Below are positions 29,561 to 38,652 of a DNA stretch of 64,000 nucleotides, one piece after another. The stretch's first letter is position 1. Each line of letters starts with the position of its first letter. The stretch comes from Longimicrobiales bacterium. Its GTDB lineage: Bacteria > Gemmatimonadota > Gemmatimonadetes > Longimicrobiales > Gaopeijiaceae. The position numbers were made by a program, and so were the translations under genes. Where the stretch lies: the NCBI GenBank assembly GCA_965202805.1, contig OZ241869.1:160001-224000 (forward strand), in the 5' to 3' direction. Under the pieces are notes generated by a model. The model did not search any database and had not been told where the DNA came from. It worked only from the letters and a program-made list of their open reading frames with translations.

Positions 29561-31591
29561 ATGCGCATGAGTCGAGCGAAGAGCACGGGAACCGACCTTC
29601 ACCGCAACCGGATGGCGCTGGCCGCCTGCCTCGCCATGACCGCCTCCTTCGTGGCTTCCTCGTGCGCGGACGGCGGTCCCGCAGGGAATGCCGTTCCCGA
29701 GGGCGATCCCGCACCGACCGCCGAGTGGACCTACTACGGCGGCCAGAACTCCTTCAACCGCTACTCGCCGCTGGCGCAGATCGCCGCGGATAACGTCGCA
29801 TCGCTCGAAATCGCATGGCAACGCCCGGGCATCGACCCGCAGCTGCAGGAGGAGTTCCCGGAGCTCGCCTTCAACAACTACCTGCGCGGGACCCCGATTC
29901 TCGTCGACGGGACATTGTACGCGCCCAACGCGGTGGGTCTCGTCGAGGCCTTCGATCCTGGAACCGGCAAGACCCGCTGGGTCCAGCGGGCCGCTTCCCT
30001 GGAGGACGCGCGCGGACGCAGCTTCCGCGGCGTCGCCTACTGGAACGGGGACGGCGCCGAGGACCTGACCTCCGACAACGGGCACGCCGGCGGACGCATC
30101 ATCTCGGTGCGCGGATCCTGGCTGCACGCGCTCGACGCGGCGACCGGCAAGCCCGTGTCGTCGTTCGGGGACGCCGGCAGCGTGAACCTCGTGCCCGAGG
30201 GCCGCGACCGGTTCAACTGGAGCTCTGGGCCGATCGTGGTCGGCGACGTCATCGTCATCGCGGGCACGGTCGACGGCGCCGGGGACTCGGGGACGGAGTG
30301 GCGCGACAGCGCGCCTGAGGACGTGCGCGGCTTCGACGCTCGCACGGGCGAGCTGGTGTGGACCTTCCACGTCATCCCCCGGGAGGGGGAGTTCGGCGCG
30401 GACACCTGGGGCGACGGATCCCGTGAACTCTCGGGAGACGTGGGCTCGTGGTGCTGCCTCAGCGCCGACGACGATCTGGGCATCGTCTACGTGCCGCTGG
30501 GAGCTCCGACCTCGGCCTACTACGGAGGGCACCGCCCCGGCGACAACCTGTTCGCCAACAGCCTCGTGGCCCTCGACGCCGCGACGGGCGAGCGCCTGTG
30601 GCACTTTCAGATGGTGCACCACGACATCTGGGAGTACGACACCCTCGGTCCCCCGGTCCTGGGGCGCATCAACGTGGACGGGCGCGCGATCGACGCGGTG
30701 ATGCAGGCGAGCAAGACGGGCTTCCTGTTCACCTTCGACCGCCGCACGGGTGAGCCCGTGTGGCCCATCGAGGAGAAGGAGGTCCCGCAGTCGAAGGTGC
30801 CCGGCGAGGCGACCTCCCCGACCCAGCCCTTCCCGAGCAAGCCGGCGCCGTTCGACCGGCAGGGGGTCTCCGAGAAGGACTTGATCGACTTCACCCCCGA
30901 GATCCACAAGCGGGCCCTCGCGCTGGCGGATTCACTGGTATTGGGCCCGCTCTTCACGCCCCCAATGGAGGAAGGCACGATCGAGGGGAAGATCGGCACC
31001 TACGTGGTCCCGGGAGCCTGGGGCGCGGGCAACTGGCACACCGGTGCGTTCGATCCGGGGACGGGCACCTACTACGCCGTCTCGCTCACGCTGCCCAACG
31101 TCTGGCGCCTGTCCAGGACGGATGAACCGGGCGACATGGAGTTCGGCACGCAGGGAGGATGGCCCCGCGCGGAGATCGAGGGTCTGCCCATCGTCGGGCC
31201 GCCCTGGGGACGGATCACGGCCATCGACATGAACCGGGGCGAGCATCTCTGGATGGCGCCCAACGGCGACGCCCCCAACGATCATCCCCTGCTCAAGGGT
31301 CTGGATCTGCCCCCGCTCGGGAACGCGAACCGTCCTGCGCCGCTGCTGACGGCGACGCTGCTCTTCATCGGCGAGGGGAGTGACGCCGTGATCGGCACCC
31401 CCGATACCCACTGGGGCACCGAGTTCCGGGCCTACGACAAGGCGACCGGCAAGGTTGTGTGGGAGATGGACCTCCCGTCGGGCACGACCGGCGGTCCCAT
31501 GACCTACATGCACGAGGGCAGACAGTACATCGTGGTCGCCGTCGGCGGCAGCGAACACCCCGCGGAGTACGTCGCCCTCGGTCTGCCGTAA
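29561..31591 (+). CDS. PQQ-dependent dehydrogenase (glucose/quinate type, lipoprotein, no N-terminal TM bundle)
   Basis: RYSPLAQI, RGVAYW, GDNLFANSLVALD, HHDIWEYD, GGPMTY..GRQYIV; lipobox ASSC; start could be 29612. Confidence 0.9.
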   Translation: MRMSRAKSTGTDLHRNRMALAACLAMTASFVASSCADGGPAGNAVPEGDPAPTAEWTYYGGQNSFNRYSPLAQIAADNVASLEIAWQRPGIDPQLQEEFPELAFNNYLRGTPILVDGTLYAPNAVGLVEAFDPGTGKTRWVQRAASLEDARGRSFRGVAYWNGDGAEDLTSDNGHAGGRIISVRGSWLHALDAATGKPVSSFGDAGSVNLVPEGRDRFNWSSGPIVVGDVIVIAGTVDGAGDSGTEWRDSAPEDVRGFDARTGELVWTFHVIPREGEFGADTWGDGSRELSGDVGSWCCLSADDDLGIVYVPLGAPTSAYYGGHRPGDNLFANSLVALDAATGERLWHFQMVHHDIWEYDTLGPPVLGRINVDGRAIDAVMQASKTGFLFTFDRRTGEPVWPIEEKEVPQSKVPGEATSPTQPFPSKPAPFDRQGVSEKDLIDFTPEIHKRALALADSLVLGPLFTPPMEEGTIEGKIGTYVVPGAWGAGNWHTGAFDPGTGTYYAVSLTLPNVWRLSRTDEPGDMEFGTQGGWPRAEIEGLPIVGPPWGRITAIDMNRGEHLWMAPNGDAPNDHPLLKGLDLPPLGNANRPAPLLTATLLFIGEGSDAVIGTPDTHWGTEFRAYDKATGKVVWEMDLPSGTTGGPMTYMHEGRQYIVVAVGGSEHPAEYVALGLP

Positions 31592-31652
31592 CGCGCCAGC
31601 CCGGAACGACCGAGTAGACTAAGTCAATCAGACTAAGCTAAGCTGACTCGCC

Positions 31653-32591
31653 TCAGAACTCGCCCACGAAGACGATCTCCGGGACGAGCTCGTAGCCGGT
31701 CTCGCGCGCCACCGTCTCCTGCGACAGGTCGATGAGCGCGCGCACCTCCGCCGATGTCGCCCCTCCCAGGTTCACGATGATGTTCGCGTGCCGGTGGAAG
31801 ATCTGGGCGTTGCCGTGGGAGTGACCCTTGAGCCCGCACTCGTCAATGAGCCGCCCGGCCCCGATGCCCTCGATCTTCTGGAAGATCGAACCCGCACAGG
31901 GATACAGCCACAGGTCTGGATGGCGGTCGTCGCGCCAGCGCAGGTTCTCGCGAATGACCCGTCGAAGTTCGCGCGCGGGGGTGGGTTCGAGGCGGAAGGT
32001 GGCGGTGAGGACGACGTCGTCGCGGTCGTGCAGGATGCTGTAGTCGTACCCGAACTGGAAGTAGTCCAGATCGACGCACTTGCGCTCTCCCTCCTCGGTG
32101 AGAATCTCCGCGGATTCCACGACCTCCTCGAGGAAGACCGTCCGGTCCCGCTCCGGGGCCAGGAAGTGCAGGTTCTGCCACATGGCCCCGCCGATGGTGC
32201 TTGGGATGCCGACGAAGTGATGGAGCCCCCCGAGTCCGCGCCGGACGGTCGCCTGGATGAGGTCCGGGAAGCTGTCCACTCCGGCGCCGGCGCGCACGCG
32301 TACGTCGTCGAGAAAATCGATGCCGCCCACCTCCGAGCGGATCACCAGCCCGCGGAAGCCGCCGTCCCCGACGAGAATGTTCGCGCCCCGTCCCAGCAGA
32401 AAGTGCGGAATCCCGAGTTCCCGCGCCGCCATCATGGCGTCCGCGAGCTCGTCGGCGGTGCGCGCACGCACGAACAGGTCCGCGGGCCCGCCGATCCTGA
32501 AGGTCGTCATGGGACCGAGCGGCACGTCGCGCTCGATCCGGCCCGGCCCGAGGCGCCGCTCCAGCTCGCGGCAGAATTCCGCCGTATCCAC
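31653..32591 (-). CDS. murB: UDP-N-acetylenolpyruvoylglucosamine reductase
   Basis: TTFRIGGPAD, LGRGANILV, GIPSTIGGA, AGSIF, HANIIVN; GTG start with GGAG RBS. Confidence 0.9.
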   Translation of the reverse strand: MDTAEFCRELERRLGPGRIERDVPLGPMTTFRIGGPADLFVRARTADELADAMMAARELGIPHFLLGRGANILVGDGGFRGLVIRSEVGGIDFLDDVRVRAGAGVDSFPDLIQATVRRGLGGLHHFVGIPSTIGGAMWQNLHFLAPERDRTVFLEEVVESAEILTEEGERKCVDLDYFQFGYDYSILHDRDDVVLTATFRLEPTPARELRRVIRENLRWRDDRHPDLWLYPCAGSIFQKIEGIGAGRLIDECGLKGHSHGNAQIFHRHANIIVNLGGATSAEVRALIDLSQETVARETGYELVPEIVFVGEF

Positions 32592-32703
32592 GCTTCTCCA
32601 TGGGGACGTGGGGGATGCGCTCCGGCGCAAAGATAGCGAATCGAGCCCGACGGTGGCCGTTTCTGTCACTGTTTCGCCCGTTGCGGTAGGTTCTCGAGAA
32701 GTT

Positions 32704-34506
32704 CTACCCGCATCCCCGAGGCATATGATCCCGCGCGCGTCCGCCGGTTATACGGTCATCTACGACGGCGACTGCGCCGTATGCCTGCGCTTCGTCGACT
32801 ACCTGCGGCGCCGCGACCCGGCGGGCACCATCGAGATCGTCGCCTGGCAGGAAGACGGAGTGCCGGCTCGCTTCCCCTGGATCGATCCCGCGCGCTTCGA
32901 GGAGGCGCTCCAACTGGTGGGGCCGGGCGCAGCCTCCCGCGACACCTGGGAAGGCGCACGGGCCATCGAGCAACTCCTGCGGGTACTCCCACGCGGTCCA
33001 AGGCTGGGCTGGGTCTTCCGGCTCCCCCTGGCACGTCCCCTGTTCGCGTGGGGATACCGCAACTTCGCGCGCAACCGCCGCCGCTTCGGGTGCGGGGAGC
33101 ACTGTTCGCTGGAGACTGCTCGCGACTGAGCCGGGTTCCACACCCGGGACGAGCGAACCCCTTGCCTCGTAGGGAGACATGTCCAGGTCCTGCTCCTCGA
33201 AATACGCGAGGCGGTTCGGGATCGTCGTCAGGACGGTCCACCGGTCCTCCCGCGTCAGGCTTCCGGGCTGATACCGCACCGCGAAGTAAATGACCGCGCT
33301 CTCGGCGACATCCTCCCGGTTCGGATGTTGTCGGGCATACTCCGAGATGAACACGCCGTCGGCCTCCTGCGCGGCGCGCCAGCCGGCGGCGTCCGCGTGC
33401 TCCGGATCCAGTGAGACATGGGCAGCCTCGTGCAGGTATAGTTCCTCGAGCAAGCCATGGTGAAGGCTTTGCAGGGCGTTCTGGCTCTGCGAGTGAATCA
33501 GGATGCTCTGGTCGAACGAACTGCCCCCTGCGAGTCCGTCGCCGGGAATGATCGCCAATGCGCGCACATTCGACAGGAAGGCAGCGGGCAGTTGCGCCAG
33601 TGCGGGGGCAAACCGGTTTACCACCTCCGTGGCCGCCGGCAGGCTGTCATATTCCGGATGGAGCCGGAATTCCACTACCTGTTCGGCGATCGGCGCCTCG
33701 AACACGAACGCCTTGACGGGGATCCAGTTACTCAGCCGCCGGTCATAGAGCGTCCGCATCGCGCGGCCGAGGTAGGTTATGCTCGGCAGCGGCGTGCCGC
33801 TGGGTCCGAGGATGCGCGACGAGCGCCACGTCGTGTTGCTGAACGGGGTCACGCCGCTGTGTTCCATCGCGAAATCCCGCGTCACGTCGGCGTCCATGTT
33901 CAGTTCCACCGTCCGGCTCACATAGCTCAACTCGGCCTCGACGGTCACCTTCAGGGTCCCGCCCAGGTTCGGGAAGCGATACCGCCCATCGGCGTCGGTG
34001 ATCGTGGTGGTCCGCTTCCAGCCCTCCAGGCGCACGAGAACCCCGGGCAAGACCAGGCTTGGCCTCCGGCTGTCGGTCACCGTGCCGGACAGGGTGAACG
34101 ACGGTGCATCGACCCTGATGACCACCGAGTCCGATGCCTCGCGGATCTCGCCGACGACGATGGTCGTGCCGGTGCCGACGGCCATTACCCGTCCCGCCGA
34201 CGTGACCTCCGCAACCGTGGAGTTCCGGGTGAGCCAGGTAACATGGGCACCCGGCATCACACGCCCGTCCTGGTCGCTGACTTCGGCGGTGAGCCGGGCC
34301 GTGTCCCCGAGCGTTGTGAACGTCACGGTGTCGGGCGCGACGGCCACCGTCGTGGGACGGGGAGGATCGACGGGTGTGGGCTCGGTGCCTCCGTCGCCGC
34401 ACGCGCTGGCCCAGATGGCTGCCACCAGGGAGGCGGCCGCGAGGCTCCGTGTGCGGCGACCGCGTGCACTACCCGTGTTCAGAGCCAACGTGCACGTCCT
34501 GCTCAA
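32704..34506 (-). CDS. Lipoprotein with Big_2 Ig domain, carboxypeptidase-regulatory-like domain and HExxH metallopeptidase domain; 3' end uncertain
   Basis: Lipobox ASAC; VAEVTSAGRVMAVG; LHEAAHVSLD, FISEYA, EDVAES; last ~140 codons run antisense through DUF393. Confidence 0.75.
   Translation of the reverse strand: MSRTCTLALNTGSARGRRTRSLAAASLVAAIWASACGDGGTEPTPVDPPRPTTVAVAPDTVTFTTLGDTARLTAEVSDQDGRVMPGAHVTWLTRNSTVAEVTSAGRVMAVGTGTTIVVGEIREASDSVVIRVDAPSFTLSGTVTDSRRPSLVLPGVLVRLEGWKRTTTITDADGRYRFPNLGGTLKVTVEAELSYVSRTVELNMDADVTRDFAMEHSGVTPFSNTTWRSSRILGPSGTPLPSITYLGRAMRTLYDRRLSNWIPVKAFVFEAPIAEQVVEFRLHPEYDSLPAATEVVNRFAPALAQLPAAFLSNVRALAIIPGDGLAGGSSFDQSILIHSQSQNALQSLHHGLLEELYLHEAAHVSLDPEHADAAGWRAAQEADGVFISEYARQHPNREDVAESAVIYFAVRYQPGSLTREDRWTVLTTIPNRLAYFEEQDLDMSPYEARGSLVPGVEPGSVASSLQRTVLPAPEAAAVAREVAVSPREQGTCQGEPEDPAQPWTAWEYPQELLDGPCAFPGVAGGCARPHQLERLLEARGIDPGEASRHSVFLPGDDLDGARRVAAPQVVDEAQAYGAVAVVDDRITGGRARDHMPRGCG
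32725..33129 (+). CDS. DUF393 / DCC family thiol-disulfide oxidoreductase
   Basis: VIYDGDCAVC, GARAI, YRNFARNRRRFGC. Confidence 0.85.
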   Translation: MIPRASAGYTVIYDGDCAVCLRFVDYLRRRDPAGTIEIVAWQEDGVPARFPWIDPARFEEALQLVGPGAASRDTWEGARAIEQLLRVLPRGPRLGWVFRLPLARPLFAWGYRNFARNRRRFGCGEHCSLETARD

Positions 34507-34725
34507 CGGCTGGATCTCCTGATCTTCGGGCTCGGGTCCGGCCTGCTTGTCGGGCTCGGCTTCCCCTGAGCTGCGGCCATGAGCCCGGAAGCCGCCGTCT
34601 CGCGATTCCGGGTTGCCGGAGGTGTGGTAACATCCCCCGTCACAAGCCTACATTGGCTGCAGGTTCCGGTCCACGCGACCCGAACGTCCGCGCCCGCCAG
34701 GTATGTGCCCTTCCGGAGACCTTCC

Positions 34726-36702
34726 ATGCGACGACCCGCCGCAAACACGCTCAGAATCGTCCCGCTCCTGCTCTGCGTGGTCCTGACATCCTCGACCCGG
34801 CTGGCGCCGTCTCCGGCCCAGGACGCATCCGGTCCGCTTGCGGTGGAGACGCTGCTGTCGCTCTCCTCCACGGTCGGCGGCGAGATCCCGCGCTGGGCTC
34901 CCGGCGGTGACTGGATCCTCCTGGGCGGTTCGAACCTGCGGTTGATCCGACCCGAAGGCGGCGCGATCAGCGAACTTCCGGTGTCGACGGGCGGCAGCGG
35001 TCATTTCCTCGCCTCGGCCGAACCCCGCTGGTCGCCGGACGGCCGCTGGATCTCCTACGTGTCCGACAAGAGCGGCACGCCCGAGATCCGGCTCTGGTCT
35101 CCCGGGGACGGAGAGGAGATCCGCGTCACAGCCAACGGCGGCCGGCTCATCAAGGGCTACTCCTGGTCCCCGGACGGCACGCGCATCGCGTTCTCGGGGA
35201 ATCGCCACGGACAATACGACGTGTGGACCGTGGAAGTCCCCTCGGGGGAAGCGCGCCGGTTGACCGATGGCCCGGAGCTGGAAGTCTATCCCGCCTGGAG
35301 CCCTGATTCCCGGTCCGTCCTCTTCGTGAGACTCGATGGCGCATGGATGGACCACGCCATCGTGGAAATTTCTGCCGACGGGGGTGAAGAGCGGGTGATT
35401 GTCGAGGACGAGGACTTCTTCGACTATGGAGAGGGAGGCACATTCGGCTATCCGCTGGTCTCGCCGGATGGCTCCGCGGTGGTATTCCCGTCCTACCGCT
35501 CCGGGTGGATCAACTACTGGAGCGTCGCGCGTTCCGGAGGCGAGCCGCGGCCGCTTGCTCCGGCGGAGGCCGACCAGACGGGCGGGGCGTGGTCGCCCGA
35601 CGGCACCTCGTTCGCGTACATCGAGAATCACGGCGGGACCTACCAGCTCCGGACCGCGCCCGCGCACGGCGGCCAGCCCCGCGTCGTCGCCCGGCCGGAA
35701 TCCGGGGTCATCGGCGCGCCACAATGGTCCCCGGACGCCAGCCGCATCTCCTACACCCTCGAGACACCGACTCGCCCCGGCGACCTGATCGTCCACGAGC
35801 TGGATTCGGGGAAGGAATCCTGGCTGACCGATTCGATGCCGATGGAGGGCATCGAGAACCGACTGGTCACGCCCTTCAAGGTCGAGTTCCAGAGCAGCGA
35901 TGGCCTGACGATCCCCTCGTACCTATACCGCCCGCCCGAGGGCTCGGGCGACGCCGATGGCCGCCACCCCGCGATCGTGTGGACACACGGCGGACCCACG
36001 TCCCAGTGGGAAGACACCTTCGAGCCCGCCATCCAGTACTTCGCGCAGCGCGGCTATGTCGTCCTGCTGCCCAATGTGCGCGGCAGCTCCGGCTACGGAC
36101 GCGATTTCGAGGAGGCCAACGACGGCTGCTGGGGCAAGTGCGACTTCGCGGACGCGGTGGCCGCCGCCCGGTATCTCCGAAGCCTGCCCTACGTCCATCC
36201 GGAGCGCATAGGCACCACGGGGACCAGCTACGGCGGGTTCATGTCGTGCGCGGCGGTGAGCTTCGGCGGCGAGACCTTCCAGGCCGTGATCGCGGCATCC
36301 GGCTACTGCGACCGGGTCACCTTCTTCGAAGACGGCGAATTCCGCCATCTGCAGCAGCTGCGCAAGGAGATGGGGCGGCTCGAGGAGCACAGGGACCGCT
36401 ATCTGGCGAACTCCCCCTACTATCACATCGCCGATGCCCAGGTACCCGTATTCGTGATCCACGGAGAGGGCCGCTATCCCGGCTCACCCCAGATGACCGA
36501 GTTCTTCCGGGAGCTGCAGCGCCTCTACAAGCCCGCCCGCTACAAGGCCTATCCCGGCGAGAACTTCTACGTCCGCGGCTTCGACAACACGCGGGAGATG
36601 CTGGCCGACATGCAGGCCTTCTTCGACTTCTACCTGCTCGGCAAGGACACCCGGCTGCCCGGCGTCGGCTATCTGGAGGAGCTGGAAGGGGTGAGTCACT
36701 GA
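34726..36702 (+). CDS. S9 family peptidase-like protein with PD40 (TolB-like) propeller
   Basis: Signal peptide; repeated WSPDG; HGGP, NVRGSSGYG, GTSYGG; canonical Asp and His not recognisable. Confidence 0.85.
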   Translation: MRRPAANTLRIVPLLLCVVLTSSTRLAPSPAQDASGPLAVETLLSLSSTVGGEIPRWAPGGDWILLGGSNLRLIRPEGGAISELPVSTGGSGHFLASAEPRWSPDGRWISYVSDKSGTPEIRLWSPGDGEEIRVTANGGRLIKGYSWSPDGTRIAFSGNRHGQYDVWTVEVPSGEARRLTDGPELEVYPAWSPDSRSVLFVRLDGAWMDHAIVEISADGGEERVIVEDEDFFDYGEGGTFGYPLVSPDGSAVVFPSYRSGWINYWSVARSGGEPRPLAPAEADQTGGAWSPDGTSFAYIENHGGTYQLRTAPAHGGQPRVVARPESGVIGAPQWSPDASRISYTLETPTRPGDLIVHELDSGKESWLTDSMPMEGIENRLVTPFKVEFQSSDGLTIPSYLYRPPEGSGDADGRHPAIVWTHGGPTSQWEDTFEPAIQYFAQRGYVVLLPNVRGSSGYGRDFEEANDGCWGKCDFADAVAAARYLRSLPYVHPERIGTTGTSYGGFMSCAAVSFGGETFQAVIAASGYCDRVTFFEDGEFRHLQQLRKEMGRLEEHRDRYLANSPYYHIADAQVPVFVIHGEGRYPGSPQMTEFFRELQRLYKPARYKAYPGENFYVRGFDNTREMLADMQAFFDFYLLGKDTRLPGVGYLEELEGVSH

Positions 36703-36943
36703 GAGACCGCAAACGGAAACCCCGAACCCACCCCACCCGTAAACCGGGGAGTTCGTCCGGCGGTCCCGAGCGTTGAATCCGGGGCGCGCCGCGTCAGATT
36801 GACACCGGTTTGACCCTTGGCGAGCTTACATAGCTACCCATCCCGCTCGCGGGAAGGAGCCTCGAGGGTTCAGAGGAGGTCCCCCCGGGCGGTACGCGAG
36901 CCGGATCACACGCGCGAAACCTCCCGGAGCCAGCGGTGGCACC

Positions 36944-38632
36944 ATGCTGAAGTCTCTTCGTGGCCGGATCATCTTCATCGCCGTGATCCTCGGGATCTGC
37001 GGCTACTACATCTACGCCGACGGCCTGAAACTGGGTCTCGACCTGCAGGGCGGCATGCACCTGGTGGTCGAGATCGACGACCCGGACGGCACGCTCACCG
37101 ACGAGGCGCGCGCCGACGCCATCGACCGCGCCGAAACGGTTCTCCGCACCCGCATCGACGAACTCGGGGTCGAGGAACCGCTTATCCAGAAGGTGGGCAG
37201 CGACCGCATCATCGTCGAGCTGGCTGGCATCAGCGACGAGAATCAGGCCAAGGAGGTCATCCGGCGCGCCGCCTTCCTCGAGTTCAAGCTGGTGCGCTCG
37301 TGGTCTGACTTCGCCCCCGATTTGCCACGCATCGACCGCGTGATCGTCGCAACGCTGGGAGCCGATTCGCTGAGCAGCCTGGGCCGCGACGTGCAGGCCC
37401 CGACATCCTCGATCGAAGAACTGCTTTTCGGGGCCGGCGCATCGGGAGAGGGAGATTCCGCGGCGGTTGAGGAAGGCGAAGCCGAGGCCGAGGTGGGCGC
37501 GGAAGTGGACGCCGAGGATGCCGGAGTCGAGCAGGTTGCCCAGGAGGAGGCTGCCGAAACCGAGGCGGAGGACGAAGCCGTCCTCAGCCCGTTTACCGCG
37601 CTCCTGAACCAGGGCAGTGACGACGGCGTCTACCTCGTGTCCGAGGAGGATGTGGAGGCTGCGGAGCTGTTCCTGGGCATCCCCGAGGTCCAGCGCGCCA
37701 TGCCGCGCGACATCGCCCTCCAGTGGGGCATGGATCCCGTCGCGCTCACCGGAAGGATCTACCGTCAGCTGTATGTTCTGGACGAGGACGCCTTCATCAA
37801 CGGACAGATGCTGGAGAACGCCGTATCCGCCCGTGACCCCCAGTTCAACACGCCGCAGGTGCAGTTCGAGCTGTCCCGCCGGGGGGGCCGGCGCTTCGCG
37901 GAGGTGACCGGACAGAACGTCGGCGAGTTCCTCGCCATCGTGCTCGACGGCGAGGTGGTGAGCGCGCCCGTCATCCGGGACCGCATCGGCGCCCGTGGCC
38001 AGATCGAGCTCGGCGGCTCCACACTGCAGGAGGCGAGCGACCTCGCGCTGGTGCTGCGCGCCGGCGCCCTTCCCGCCCCGCTGCGCATCATGGAGGAGCG
38101 CACGGTCGGGCCCTCGCTCGGGCAGGATTCGGTGGACCAGGGCCGCATCGCCGGAATGATCGGCATCGTCCTGGTGATCGTGATCATGTGCGCCTACTAC
38201 CGCGTCGCGGGCATGCTCTCGATACTGGCGCTGGGTGTATACGTGGTCCTGGTGCTGGGCGGACTGGCCATGTTCGGGGCGACGCTGACCGTGCCGGGCA
38301 TCGCGGGGCTCATCCTCTCGGTCGGCATGGCGGTGGATGCCAACGTGCTCATCTTCGAGCGCATCCGGGAGGAACTGGATGCCGGCAGAGCCGTGCGCAC
38401 CGCGGTCGAGGACGGCTTTGGGAACGCCCTGTCGGCGATCGTCGACGCCAACCTCACGACCCTGATCACGGCGCTGATCCTCTTCCAGTTCGGCACCGGG
38501 CCCGTGCGCGGCTTTGCCGTCACCCTCTCGATCGGGATCCTGGCTTCGTTCTTCACTGCGCTCTACGTGACGCGCAGCTTCTTCTTCATGTACCTGTCCC
38601 GGAAGAGGGCCACGGACCCCATCAGCATCTGA
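36944..38632 (+). CDS. secD: Protein translocase subunit SecD
   Basis: LGLDLQGG, LRAGALPAP, TVGPSLG, GMAVDANVLIFERIREE. Confidence 0.97.
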   Translation: MLKSLRGRIIFIAVILGICGYYIYADGLKLGLDLQGGMHLVVEIDDPDGTLTDEARADAIDRAETVLRTRIDELGVEEPLIQKVGSDRIIVELAGISDENQAKEVIRRAAFLEFKLVRSWSDFAPDLPRIDRVIVATLGADSLSSLGRDVQAPTSSIEELLFGAGASGEGDSAAVEEGEAEAEVGAEVDAEDAGVEQVAQEEAAETEAEDEAVLSPFTALLNQGSDDGVYLVSEEDVEAAELFLGIPEVQRAMPRDIALQWGMDPVALTGRIYRQLYVLDEDAFINGQMLENAVSARDPQFNTPQVQFELSRRGGRRFAEVTGQNVGEFLAIVLDGEVVSAPVIRDRIGARGQIELGGSTLQEASDLALVLRAGALPAPLRIMEERTVGPSLGQDSVDQGRIAGMIGIVLVIVIMCAYYRVAGMLSILALGVYVVLVLGGLAMFGATLTVPGIAGLILSVGMAVDANVLIFERIREELDAGRAVRTAVEDGFGNALSAIVDANLTTLITALILFQFGTGPVRGFAVTLSIGILASFFTALYVTRSFFFMYLSRKRATDPISI

Positions 38633-38652
38633 ATCGCGAGACCATCTGAATC

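Noticed and set aside
36703..36943. Arrest-peptide uORF (VemP/ApdA-like) or SRP RNA before secD
   Set aside because: No credible secreted uORF ending before secD and no SRP helix-8 motif
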